DNA of 64,000 nt from Candidatus Nomurabacteria bacterium RIFCSPHIGHO2_12_FULL_42_19 (lineage in GTDB: Bacteria > Patescibacteriota > Minisyncoccia > Phycocordibacterales > UBA9973). The stretch is taken from the NCBI GenBank assembly GCA_001786955.1, contig MFUM01000001.1, forward strand, positions 410 through 64,409, given 5' to 3'. Under the pieces are notes generated by a model. The model ran no database searches, had not been told where the DNA came from, and saw nothing but the letters and a program-made list of their open reading frames with translations. This document shows positions 36,868-46,518 of the stretch, in pieces. The position numbers and the translations under genes are program-made. Within the stretch, counting starts at the first letter, position 1. Each line of letters begins with the position of its first letter.

Positions 36868-39555
36868 TTAAAAAGAAAAAATGCTGCTGATTCTCCTGCG
36901 GGCAAAGAATTTCCTAATCTCTTCGGCAATTACGATAGACAATGCGACAGATATAATCATAAGCCAGTCAGAACGCCCGAGCGGAACCGTGTGCAGGATT
37001 TTTTGCAGAACCGGCGTATATACCGCCAATAATTGCAAAATAATGACAATGCCTGTCGCTCCAAGCAAGAATTTGTTGGAAAAGGGATTCAGCTGGAAAA
37101 TCGATTTTGAATCGGAACGGCAATTCCAGGCGTTAAACCATTGGAACACCGCAAGCGTCGTAAGCGAAATAGTCCATGCTTTCTCCAGATCCGTACCGGC
37201 ATATTTTTGAAAGAGAAAAAGCGTGCCAATCATCATGGGGACAGCCATGATAATCATTCTCTGCAGCATCAGCCTGTCAATAAGATATTTTTTCGGCCGT
37301 TCAAAACTGCCCGACAAAAGTCCTTTTTCTTTCGGTTCCATCGCAAGCGACACGTCAAGGAAGCCGTCCGTCACAAAGTTCAGCCAAATGATCTGAGCGG
37401 CAAGTATCGGCAATGGCAGACCTAAAAACAACGCCCCGGTTATTGTGAGCACTTCGCCAATACTGGTTGAAAAAAGATACAATATCACTTTCTTTATGGT
37501 TTTATAGATATTCCTCCCTTCCTCAACCGCCGAGACGATACTGCCGAAATTATCATCAAGAAGCACAATATCTGCCGCTTCTTTTGCCACCTCCGTTCCA
37601 ATGTTGCCCATCGCCACACCGAGATCGGCAGCCACGAGCGACGGCGCATCATTGACTCCGTCTCCGGTCATTGCAATAATTTCCCCGCGTTTCTTGAAGG
37701 CATTAATAATTTTTAATTTATGTTCGGGTGTCACCCGCGCGAATACAGTTGTCCGGGACAATTTATCTGAAAGTTCATTATCGTTCATCGCATCAATTTC
37801 ATTTCCAGTGAGTATTTCATCACCATCATGATATATGCCTGCCTCGCGGGCAATTGCCTGAGCGGTGATTTTATGATCGCCGGTAATCATCACGACTTTA
37901 ATGCCTGCTTCCTGGGCCCGGGCCATCGCATCTTTAACTTCAGGGCGCAGCACGTCTTTCATGCCCAAAAAACCGACAAAAGTGAGTTCTGAGATTGATT
38001 GCGGATCAGCCATGCGTCTGGTGTTTTCATGAATACCAACCGCAATAACGCGTTGTCCCAATCCGGACATGTGAATCAATATTTTTTCCAATTTTTCCTT
38101 CTCTTCTTTCAACAGCGCATGAATACCATCGACACTTGCTATATTTTTTGAAAGCCCAATAATAACTTCGGGCGCGCCGATTACTGTTAGAAAATTTTTG
38201 CCTTCAATGGAGTTAACAACTGCGCGATACTTGAGCTTGTAATCAAAAGGCGTTTCCGACAAAACCGGCATCTCAGTGAGCAAATCCTCCTTGCGAAACC
38301 CAATCTTCTGCGCAAAAACCACCATTGCCGCTTCCGTCGGGTCGCCTGCTATAGACCAGTGTTTTTCGGTATCAGAAAATAAGAGCCGAGCGCTGGCGCA
38401 CAAAGCAACAGCTCTGCCAAGCATAAGCAATTCGGGATGATTTGCCGCATCAACAATGTTATTTCCAAATGTTATATTCCCGATAGGTTCATAGCCGACA
38501 CCACTTACGTCAAATAATTTTTCCGCAGTCCATACCTGCCGCACGACTAATTCGTTTTTCGTAATAGTGCCCGTCTTATCAACGGCAATTATCCGCGCTT
38601 GACCAAGCGCCTCGACAGCTTGAAGCTTCTTTACCAAAGCATTGCGTTTGGACATCCGCCAGACCCCCGTTGCGAGCACCAATGTTATAACGATAGGCAA
38701 TCCTTCCGGAATGATAGAAACCGAAAGCGCTACGACAACGGTAAACATCGTCCGTATCGATTCACCGGTTGCGATACCGACACCGAACAATACTGCGGAA
38801 ATTACTCCTACGGTAATAATAATCGCCCGAGACAAGTATCGGATATTCGCTTTCAGAGGAATTTCCGTATCAATAAAAGAGATTTCTTTGGCAATACCGC
38901 CAATAACCGTGGCCGAGCCTGTCGTCACGACAACAGCCCTTCCGTTTCCGGAAACAATATGCGTACCTTTAAATAACATATTTCTTTGGTCGGCAACAGA
39001 AACTATGTCCTGTTCAAGCACATCGGCTATTTTATAAACGGGTTCTGATTCTCCCGTAAGCGACGCTTCGTCCGCTTTAAGATTTTGCGAGAAGATAACC
39101 CGCGCATCAGCAGGCACTTTTTCTCCTTCCTGGAGATATATGATATCTCCAGGCACCACTTCGCGGTCTGAAATTATAAGTTCCATGCCGCCGCGCAACA
39201 CCGTTGCTTTTGTCTCAACAAATTTTTTGAGAGCCGCAAGAGTATTCTGAGCCCTGCCCTCTTGAATAGTCCCCACAATTGCGTTGAAAACAAGTATTGC
39301 CAGAATAATATACGCGTCGCTGGCTTTGCTTATTGCATAGGTAATAACACTCGCGATAAGCAATATAAAAATAAGCGGGTTATTGAACTGGCCGAAAAAA
39401 ATGCGAACCAGGGACACCGGTTTTTTTTCAGGTAAACTATTGAACCCATACTGCTTAATCCTGCTTTGAGCTTCCTCCGGAGTAAGTCCGCGCAGCGATG
39501 TATTGAGCTTTTCAAGTATTTGTTCCTGCGACAATAAATGCCATTTCGTTTCCAT
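36868..39555 (-). CDS. Cation-transporting P-type ATPase (type IIA, Ca2+-like)
   Basis: TGES, IPEGL, DKTGT, TGD, GDGVND. Confidence 0.95.
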   Translation of the reverse strand: METKWHLLSQEQILEKLNTSLRGLTPEEAQSRIKQYGFNSLPEKKPVSLVRIFFGQFNNPLIFILLIASVITYAISKASDAYIILAILVFNAIVGTIQEGRAQNTLAALKKFVETKATVLRGGMELIISDREVVPGDIIYLQEGEKVPADARVIFSQNLKADEASLTGESEPVYKIADVLEQDIVSVADQRNMLFKGTHIVSGNGRAVVVTTGSATVIGGIAKEISFIDTEIPLKANIRYLSRAIIITVGVISAVLFGVGIATGESIRTMFTVVVALSVSIIPEGLPIVITLVLATGVWRMSKRNALVKKLQAVEALGQARIIAVDKTGTITKNELVVRQVWTAEKLFDVSGVGYEPIGNITFGNNIVDAANHPELLMLGRAVALCASARLLFSDTEKHWSIAGDPTEAAMVVFAQKIGFRKEDLLTEMPVLSETPFDYKLKYRAVVNSIEGKNFLTVIGAPEVIIGLSKNIASVDGIHALLKEEKEKLEKILIHMSGLGQRVIAVGIHENTRRMADPQSISELTFVGFLGMKDVLRPEVKDAMARAQEAGIKVVMITGDHKITAQAIAREAGIYHDGDEILTGNEIDAMNDNELSDKLSRTTVFARVTPEHKLKIINAFKKRGEIIAMTGDGVNDAPSLVAADLGVAMGNIGTEVAKEAADIVLLDDNFGSIVSAVEEGRNIYKTIKKVILYLFSTSIGEVLTITGALFLGLPLPILAAQIIWLNFVTDGFLDVSLAMEPKEKGLLSGSFERPKKYLIDRLMLQRMIIMAVPMMIGTLFLFQKYAGTDLEKAWTISLTTLAVFQWFNAWNCRSDSKSIFQLNPFSNKFLLGATGIVIILQLLAVYTPVLQKILHTVPLGRSDWLMIISVALSIVIAEEIRKFFARRRISSIFSF
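39531..39555. repeat. 25-bp direct repeat, left copy (ATPase 5' end)
   Basis: acaataaatgccatttcgtttccat, identical at 43565-43589. Confidence 0.85.
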
Positions 39556-39594
39556 AACAATTATTATAACCAATATTTATCTAAATGGCTTGTT

Positions 39595-39720
39595 TTAATA
39601 GTTTAAAGTAGACAGCAACCATATAAGGAATTTTTTTACTTCTCTGGTGTTATTTACATAATATTTAGCAAAGCTATGTTGGGATTTTCCTACTCTGATA
39701 GTTATACCTTGAGGTAAAAC
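39595..39720 (-). pseudogene. Remnant 1 of a trehalose-phosphatase (OtsB-like HAD) C-terminus
   Basis: VLPQGITIRVGKSQHSFAKYYVNNTREVKKFLIWL, no start codon. Confidence 0.6.
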
Positions 39721-40071
39721 CTATTGAAAAAGTCCGAGACGGTTTGCAATTAAAATATATACTAAAGAGAGAACAAAAAATACCACGAGCCCAACAATAA
39801 TCGCTTTCTGTGAGCCAATTCGTGGTGCAAGAAATGCTATAGTAAGCATATACGGCACCCATGATACAAGAGTTCCGACAAGTACCCATTTGGCGTGCTG
39901 ACCTACTGCAACACCTCCTTTAGATTGTCCAATAAAAAAATATGCCACAAGCGTAAATACAGGAATAAGTGTGGCAAGTCCAGAGAGTGTTCTTTGCCCA
40001 CTCTGTTCAAATGCCACGATAAGAGTGGTAAATAATCCGCCGGTAATAAAATAAATTAGGAAATTAAGCAT
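39721..40071 (-). CDS. GlpM/DUF3147-like small membrane protein
   Basis: Four hydrophobic helices; YFITGG...LSGLATLIP. Confidence 0.7.
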   Translation of the reverse strand: MLNFLIYFITGGLFTTLIVAFEQSGQRTLSGLATLIPVFTLVAYFFIGQSKGGVAVGQHAKWVLVGTLVSWVPYMLTIAFLAPRIGSQKAIIVGLVVFFVLSLVYILIANRLGLFQ

Positions 40072-40091
40072 ACGCTAAATTATAACATTTT

Positions 40092-40200
40092 TTACAAGAA
40101 ACAGAGCCAAGCAAGAAACTTTTTAACCTCTCCGATATCACGTAAATAATATTTAGCAGAGCTATATTTTTATTTTCCTACTCTGATAGTTAGGTTTTTT
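40092..40200 (-). pseudogene. Remnant 2 of an OtsB-like C-terminus, with internal stop
   Basis: KNLTIRVGK*KYSSAKYYLRDIGEVKKFLAWL; shares ttttcctactctgatagtta with remnant 1. Confidence 0.6.
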
Positions 40201-40231
40201 ATTATTAACTTCAAAACCTATACAATGGACT

Positions 40232-40927
40232 TTATCCATTTTTCTCGTATAATCTTACCCAATCAATAAATTCTTTAAACTCCTTAGGATCTGAAGAACC
40301 TGCTTGGTCGCATCCTGGTAATCTTTGATCAAGCGTAAAGTGCTTCTCAATAATGGTTGCCCCTCGTCTGACTGCTTCCTTGGTCCATTTTATGCCTATT
40401 GTGTGGTCTGAAAAGCCTGCATAGAATTTAAAATCTTTAGGAAACATTTCTTCTGTAATTATTGCGGGATATTCTGCTACGCAATAAAGAAATTCACTAT
40501 TAGTTATTGAGGGGATACCTTGCTTTTCATTTATCATGCCCAAAGAAGCAATAATGGGTTTACCTGTTGCTTCCATTGCTTTAATAGTTTCAGCATCATA
40601 GATACTTCGTGAAGCAAGTTTATGACGTTTTACTCCTACTTCTTCTAGCCAACCTACTCGTTCTGGATCAAATGCAGAGGCACAAAATTCTATATCAATT
40701 TTCTCACAATAATCCGCAAGTTCTTTTAGTTCTTCTTTGTCTAATTGACACATTTTTAGTTCCATATAAACAGGATTATCGGGTGTCATTATTTTATCTA
40801 TATCATACACTTGAAATTTAGCTATATCTGCACCGCATTTCTTTGCTTCATTAATTTGAAGTTTCATATGCTTCATTGAGCCATTCGCATTGTGTCCGCA
40901 CTCAGCGATTATCATTATTTTTTTCAT
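40232..40927 (-). CDS. N-acetylneuraminate synthase family (NeuB/SpsE-like), lacking the C-terminal SAF domain
   Basis: IIAECGHNANG, AKFQ, KLASR, GFSDHT, IIEKHFTLD. Confidence 0.88.
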   Translation of the reverse strand: MKKIMIIAECGHNANGSMKHMKLQINEAKKCGADIAKFQVYDIDKIMTPDNPVYMELKMCQLDKEELKELADYCEKIDIEFCASAFDPERVGWLEEVGVKRHKLASRSIYDAETIKAMEATGKPIIASLGMINEKQGIPSITNSEFLYCVAEYPAIITEEMFPKDFKFYAGFSDHTIGIKWTKEAVRRGATIIEKHFTLDQRLPGCDQAGSSDPKEFKEFIDWVRLYEKNG

Positions 40928-41041
40928 AACCTTAACTATATATTAATTATTATTTTTTTCAACATATTCTCAGCATTAAAATATAGAGGTAAAAAAAATA
41001 GCAATATAACTAGAGGCTGTTTTCAAAAAACTATTTATAAT

Positions 41042-43291
41042 CTAACCCGAACTAGTTATCGCTTTGATAAATTCTGCCGCCCAACGATAGACATTGTAAT
41101 CTTTGACACTAATACGCATAATGTTCATACGACGTTGTTGTTCGGAGGGTAACATTGTGATGGCTGTATAAATTGCCATCCCAATTTCTTCCATATTGTG
41201 CGGATTTACAATAAGCGCATCTTTAAGAGTACGCGAAGCCCCGGCAAATCGACTTAGAATGAGCACACCAAGCGAGTCACTTCGTGCTGCTACATATTCT
41301 TTTGCAACTAGGTTCATACTGTCGTGTAAAGAAGTAATAAGGCAAAAATTGGCGACTTTATATAGAGATGAAAGTTCTGGATGACTGTATTGGGTTGTTT
41401 CTAGAATAATCGGTTTCCATTCCTTGGTTGCAAACTTATTATTGATTCTATCCGCTTCTTTTGTAATCAAGTTTTTATACTGCTCTTGAACATCTTTAAA
41501 ATGCTCCCGATGCGGAGAAGCAATTTGTAAAAATGTGAGTTGTCCTTTATATTCGGGGTGTGCGTCAAAAAAATGTTCAATCCCAAAAAATCGTTCCGGT
41601 ATTCCTTTAGCATAATCGAGCCGATCAACACCTATTCCAAAATATTTGGTTTTAATTCCGAGTTTTTTAAAAATACTTAACCTAAGATTATTTTCTTCTG
41701 TCTGTTCAATTTTAGTTTCTTGGCTATCTGAAAAAGAAATGCTAATCGGGAAAGATTTAATATGCGTAGTGTGGTCTTCGCGTGTTATTGAAAAAGTTTC
41801 TAAATCAATCAGAGATTCTACTTCCTTTCCAATTGTTTCAATAAAGTTATTGCAAAATTGCTGAGTATTAAATCCGACTATGTCTGCCCCCAACATTCCT
41901 TTAAGGATTTCCTTACGCCAAGGACAAACACTAAAAGCCTCGGGGCTTGGCCATGGTACATGCCAAAATATTCCCACTTGAGCATCAGGACGACTTTCCT
42001 TTATCATTTTTGGTAAAAGAGCAAAGTGATAATCCTGTATCAAAATAATCGGCTGATCTATGTCTTTTATCTCAACAAGTAAGGCTTGAGCAAATTTCTT
42101 GTTTACATGTTTATATGTTATCCAATTTTCTTTTTTAAAAATAGGGCGAGTATAAGTCATAAGACATAAAGGGTACATTGCTTCTACAGAAAATCCATAA
42201 TGTCCACTAAATTCCTTATCAGAAAGCCAAATTCTTTTTAGCGTATAATGTGGATCGTTTGGTGGCACTTGAAGTTTACCGTCTTCACTAGAAGTTTCCT
42301 TATCCGCATTTCCACTTCCATGCGCAATCCATACTCCCCCACATGCTTCCATCACAGAATTGATTGCAGTATTCAAACCGCTCGGTACTTCAGAGCATGT
42401 AATTTCATTTTTAATTTTTTGATTAATAAAAGGTTCTTGGTTTGATACGACAAAAATTGGTTTGTTTTTAAAATATGCTTTGATAAATTCTTTTAGACGT
42501 TCGGCTGTCCATGGACTATCAAGTTTTTCCAGACGCATTCGGGCTTCCTCTTGAGCAGACAAACGCGCCTGTGATAAACTTTTTGTAATATGAGTAATTT
42601 CTTTTGCAAGTGGAGAAAAAAAGGAATATTTGCCTTCATCTTTAAAACTTTCTTTGCCTTCACCCATTCTAATTTTTTTCACGGATTCTACAAAGCGTAT
42701 AACTTGGCGAAAAACAAAAAATCTCAAAATTATAAAAATAGTGATTGAAAATATTATTATCTGAATCAATAATCTTAGTAAATTACCTTTCCAAATTTCT
42801 CTAATGCTGGTATTTATATATCCTGCGTTTTGCACAACCATAAGTGCTCCCACGATACTTTCATCATTGTGTAATGGGTCAACATGTACATAACGGTTCT
42901 CTCCATCGGCATCAAAAAAATCATTGTTTGATGTATTGCTATCCATGGCATCAGTAATGATTTTTGTATTCTCAATTATAGTTTTCGGTAATCCAGAAGA
43001 GGTAGCTAAAAGCGTTCCTTTATTATCGTAAAGAGCGATTCCGGCTAAGCGTTCACGATTTGCAAATTTATCAACAACTTTTTGAAGTGATTTTTGAAAT
43101 GAAGGTTGTGAGGAGTTAGCATAATAAGGCTCGACAGATTCTTTTAAACTGTCGGCAAGCAAAGAAGCCCGCTGTTCTAAGTTAGTCGTTAAAGTAGCTC
43201 TTTCTTGATCCACTTGTCTGATGTTAAATCCAAGAGCGACTAAACTTACAGCTACAACAACACTACCAATAATGGCAAAAATATATTTCAT
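41042..43291 (-). CDS. otsA: Trehalose-6-phosphate synthase (GT20) with N-terminal TM-extracellular-TM sensor-like region
   Basis: VVSNQEP, QDYH, FWHVPWP, GVDRLDYAKG, DSMNLVAKEY. Confidence 0.88.
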   Translation of the reverse strand: MKYIFAIIGSVVVAVSLVALGFNIRQVDQERATLTTNLEQRASLLADSLKESVEPYYANSSQPSFQKSLQKVVDKFANRERLAGIALYDNKGTLLATSSGLPKTIIENTKIITDAMDSNTSNNDFFDADGENRYVHVDPLHNDESIVGALMVVQNAGYINTSIREIWKGNLLRLLIQIIIFSITIFIILRFFVFRQVIRFVESVKKIRMGEGKESFKDEGKYSFFSPLAKEITHITKSLSQARLSAQEEARMRLEKLDSPWTAERLKEFIKAYFKNKPIFVVSNQEPFINQKIKNEITCSEVPSGLNTAINSVMEACGGVWIAHGSGNADKETSSEDGKLQVPPNDPHYTLKRIWLSDKEFSGHYGFSVEAMYPLCLMTYTRPIFKKENWITYKHVNKKFAQALLVEIKDIDQPIILIQDYHFALLPKMIKESRPDAQVGIFWHVPWPSPEAFSVCPWRKEILKGMLGADIVGFNTQQFCNNFIETIGKEVESLIDLETFSITREDHTTHIKSFPISISFSDSQETKIEQTEENNLRLSIFKKLGIKTKYFGIGVDRLDYAKGIPERFFGIEHFFDAHPEYKGQLTFLQIASPHREHFKDVQEQYKNLITKEADRINNKFATKEWKPIILETTQYSHPELSSLYKVANFCLITSLHDSMNLVAKEYVAARSDSLGVLILSRFAGASRTLKDALIVNPHNMEEIGMAIYTAITMLPSEQQRRMNIMRISVKDYNVYRWAAEFIKAITSSG

Positions 43292-43296
43292 AACTT

Positions 43297-43485
43297 TTAT
43301 CGCTGTCCGAGCGAGACAAACAAAAGGCAAAATCCAAAGACAAGCCCAAATACCACTAAAGCAATAAAGTATGGTAAAAAGACTTCATACCAACGCGCTC
43401 CTATGGCAATACCAATAGACAATAAAGCCAATTTTAACAACCCTATTTGCCACCAACTATATGTATAATTCCTGAAAATCTTCAT
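43297..43485 (-). CDS. Small hypothetical membrane protein
   Basis: 62-aa hydrophobic ORF on the same strand, directly upstream of otsA. Confidence 0.6.
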   Translation of the reverse strand: MKIFRNYTYSWWQIGLLKLALLSIGIAIGARWYEVFLPYFIALVVFGLVFGFCLLFVSLGQR

Positions 43486-43564
43486 GAATATATAATATCA
43501 CAATTACACTTATAAAATAAGTAGAATCAAAATTGCCGAAGCTAGTGTATTTAACACTGAAGAT

Positions 43565-43589
43565 ACAATAAATGCCATTTCGTTTCCAT
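43565..43589. repeat. 25-bp direct repeat, right copy (orphan ATPase start METKWHLL)
   Basis: Identical to 39531-39555; also preceded on the minus strand by TATAAT. Confidence 0.85.
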
Positions 43590-43644
43590 GGTAATTAATT
43601 ATAACACTTCTAATTATGGAAAAAATATGCTAAGTTTAAAATAT

Positions 43645-43715
43645 TGGGAGATCGTCTAATGGTAGGACACGTCCCTCTGGAGGACGTTATCTTGGTCCGA
43701 ATCCAAGTCTCCCAG
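43645..43715 (+). tRNA. tRNA-Gln(CTG)
   Basis: TGGGAGA/TCTCCCA acceptor stem; CGTCC-CT-CTG-GA-GGACG anticodon arm; CCA not encoded. Confidence 0.92.
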
Positions 43716-44120
43716 CAATCCTTCGCCAAGGCTTCGGAATTGCTTATGCACTACGTTTACATATTACATAGCTCAAAATCTTCGAACTTTTATTTTGGCT
43801 CAACAAGTAATGTTAAGAATAGGTTCGAGCAACACAATAAAGGTTTATCAAAAGCAACAGCTCCATATGTTCCGTGGAAATTAGTTTGGTACTCCGGTTT
43901 TCAAAATAAAAAACTCGCAGAAGATTTTGAGCGCTATTTAAAAACCAGTTCAGGTAAAGCCTTCGCTTACAAAAGATTATTAAATCCCGAAGCGTTGAAG
44001 AAGGATAAGTTTGGGGTATAATATGGGTGCTCCGTAGTCTTGACGAAGGACACCAAGTCTCCCAGCAATCCTTCGCCAAGGCTTCGGAATTGCTTATGCA
44101 CTACGTTTACATATTACATA
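43703..44120 (+). repeat. 68-bp direct repeat (43703-43770 and 44053-44120) enclosing a GIY-YIG gene
   Basis: Unit is tRNA-Gln 3' end, REP-like ccttcgccaaggcttcggaa and the first 8 codons of the nuclease. Confidence 0.9.
43746..44021 (+). CDS. GIY-YIG nuclease family protein
   Basis: MHYVYILHS..FYFGST.NVKNRFEQHN.G...T.PY.PWKLVWY; FERYLKT. Confidence 0.9.
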   Translation: MHYVYILHSSKSSNFYFGSTSNVKNRFEQHNKGLSKATAPYVPWKLVWYSGFQNKKLAEDFERYLKTSSGKAFAYKRLLNPEALKKDKFGV

Positions 44121-44170
44121 ATCAATTACGTAATCTATTACGTACCTAAAAAATCTGCTACAATAAACCA

Positions 44171-44458
44171 ATGCAGGGAAAAGACGAAAAAGGAATAAGC
44201 GTGGACATATTGAAGCATATTGAAGACTTATCAAACCAGGTAAACAGAATGATGGCTTCGCGGGCTAGAGCCGTTTTCCGCAGATATCCCGTCACTTTTG
44301 GGCTTATGATATTGATTGGGGTCATGGCGGTTCACGAAGGATTGAAAGGCTTGATGAGAGAATTTGGATTGTTAAATATAAACCCCTGGTATCTGCTTGT
44401 CGCCGGATTAGCAATTCTTACCATTACCGGAACTCTGTATAAAAAACTGGAGAAATAA
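44171..44458 (+). CDS. Hypothetical two-TM membrane protein
   Basis: 95-aa ORF with a -10 box just upstream. Confidence 0.7.
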   Translation: MQGKDEKGISVDILKHIEDLSNQVNRMMASRARAVFRRYPVTFGLMILIGVMAVHEGLKGLMREFGLLNINPWYLLVAGLAILTITGTLYKKLEK

Positions 44459-44491
44459 TTTATTTTTCATAGTTTTTTATACAATCAAATT

Positions 44492-44851
44492 ATGGGAACA
44501 TTAAGAAAGAAAAAATCGCATCAAAAATATTTAAAACTTATAGCCAAAGGATTTTTGACGGATGGGTGTAATTTATGTAACAAAAAGAAAACAAAGTCGC
44601 TCAAAGAATTCAGGTATTGGAGAATAATAAACAATTTATTCCCTTATGACCGTATCGCCAAAATTAACCATATAATTCTTCCAAAAAGGCACACTGCTGA
44701 AAAAAAATTGACAAAAGCGGAAAAAAAAGAATTTGAAATAATCAAGTCAAGATATATAGAGCAAAAATATGAATTTTTAATTGAAACTGTAAACAAGCAG
44801 AAATCCATCCCTGGACATTTTCATATCCATTTGATAATAATCAAGGACTGA
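44492..44851 (+). CDS. HIT-like family protein
   Basis: CxxC, N.FPY, PKRH and HFHIH histidine triad. Confidence 0.8.
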   Translation: MGTLRKKKSHQKYLKLIAKGFLTDGCNLCNKKKTKSLKEFRYWRIINNLFPYDRIAKINHIILPKRHTAEKKLTKAEKKEFEIIKSRYIEQKYEFLIETVNKQKSIPGHFHIHLIIIKD

Positions 44852-44871
44852 ATTTGGACAAAAGAAATAAT

Positions 44872-46512
44872 TTATTTCTTTTGTCTGCCGATGCAAGCTT
44901 TGATGAAGGCGGTAAAAAGCGGATGCGGGGAAAGCGGGCGGGATTTGAATTCGGGATGAAATTGGGTTCCCAGATAAAACGGATGCTTGTTTTTGGGTAG
45001 TTCGGCTATTTCCATCAAAATTCCGCTCGGGGATTTGCCGGAAAATACCAGTCCGGCTTTTTCCAGCCGGTCAACATATTTTGGGTTTACTTCATAACGA
45101 TGACGATGGCGTTCAGAAATTTTAGATTCATGGTATGCGGCCTCGGCAATACTCCCCTTTTTTAAACTTGCCGGACAAGCACCCAATCTCATGGTCGCTC
45201 CATAATTTTTATTCTTAATTTTTTCAATTTGATCCTGCATAGTGGCAATAACAGGATCCGGAGTATTAGAATCAAATTCCGTGGAATTGGCATGATTTAA
45301 ATTCAAAACATGCCTGGCGTAAGCTATGGTCATAATCTGCATTCCCAGGCACAGCCCGAAATAAGGAATTTTATTGCGCCGGGCATAATCGGCAGCCAGT
45401 ATCATACCTTCCGTACCGCGCTTGCCAAACCCTCCCGGAACAATAATGCCATCCAATTCATCCAGCTCGCTTAATAATTTATGGTCATTTTCATATTTTT
45501 CCGAATCAAGCCAAATAATGTCCGGTTTGAAATTTGATGCCCAAGCAGAGTGATTAATAGATTCAATTACCGAGATGTAGGTATCTTTACATGATTTAAA
45601 ATTAAAATACTTGCCGACAATGCCGATGTGAACTTCTTTTTTCATTTTTTTGATTTTAGCGGCAAGTGCTGTCCAGTCAGCCAAATCTTTATGGCGTTGC
45701 GACAAGCCTATGGTTTTAAGCAAAACACCGCCAAAATTCTCTTTTTCAAAATTAACCGGCACATCGTAAATGGAATAAACATCCGGAGCCGATACTATTC
45801 TCTCAACCGGCAGACTGCATACATTGCTGATGGTTCGCTTTATATCCGGTGTGGCGGGATGGTCGGCCCGGCAAATCACAAAATCCGGATTCAGACCTAC
45901 CGAATAAAGGTCAGTAACGGCATGCTGGGTAGGTTTTGATTTTTGCTCGCCCAGCAATGACGGCGTAGGCAGATAACTTATTAAAACAATAAAAACATCC
46001 AAGGGCTTTTTAGATTTCATCATCCTTACTGCTTCAAGAAAAGGCAATAATTGATACTCTCCGACTGTGCCGCCGTATTCTATTATCACAATTTCGGCAT
46101 TGTTCTTTTTTTGGCAAGCCTCTATGCGTCTAATTATTTCTTTGGGTATGTCCGGATAAACCTCGACATCTTCCCCTTCGTATTCCAGATTACGTTCTCG
46201 CTTTATAACCTCGGCATATATTTGACCGGTAGTAATATAATTTTCGCGTGTGCTGACTTGATTGGTAAAACGCTCATAATTACCGAGGTCTTGGTCGGCT
46301 TCTATGCCATCTTCCCCGACAAAAACTTCCCCGTGTTCGGCGGGACGGATAGTGCCAGCATCGAGATTTACGTACATGTCGGCTTTGATGTTGGTAATAG
46401 CATAACCGCGGGATTGTAAAATTTTACCGATGGAAGAGGCGGCTATGCCTTTACCGACGGAAGACATTACGCCTCCCACCACGAAAATATATTTTGTTTC
46501 TTTTTTAGGCAT
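44872..46512 (-). CDS. pyrG: CTP synthase
   Basis: GGVMSSVGKG, DLGNYERF, KSKPTQH, GLCLGMQ, QFHPE. Confidence 0.97.
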   Translation of the reverse strand: MPKKETKYIFVVGGVMSSVGKGIAASSIGKILQSRGYAITNIKADMYVNLDAGTIRPAEHGEVFVGEDGIEADQDLGNYERFTNQVSTRENYITTGQIYAEVIKRERNLEYEGEDVEVYPDIPKEIIRRIEACQKKNNAEIVIIEYGGTVGEYQLLPFLEAVRMMKSKKPLDVFIVLISYLPTPSLLGEQKSKPTQHAVTDLYSVGLNPDFVICRADHPATPDIKRTISNVCSLPVERIVSAPDVYSIYDVPVNFEKENFGGVLLKTIGLSQRHKDLADWTALAAKIKKMKKEVHIGIVGKYFNFKSCKDTYISVIESINHSAWASNFKPDIIWLDSEKYENDHKLLSELDELDGIIVPGGFGKRGTEGMILAADYARRNKIPYFGLCLGMQIMTIAYARHVLNLNHANSTEFDSNTPDPVIATMQDQIEKIKNKNYGATMRLGACPASLKKGSIAEAAYHESKISERHRHRYEVNPKYVDRLEKAGLVFSGKSPSGILMEIAELPKNKHPFYLGTQFHPEFKSRPLSPHPLFTAFIKACIGRQKK

Positions 46513-46518
46513 TTCTGT

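Noticed and set aside
39655-40195. Integron attC sites flanking the GlpM-like gene
   Set aside because: No RYYYAAC/GTTRRRY palindromic structure; the shared sequence is better explained as otsB-like coding remnants.
43644-43745. N-terminal extension of the GIY-YIG ORF
   Set aside because: This stretch is tRNA-Gln plus a REP; the likely start is 43746.
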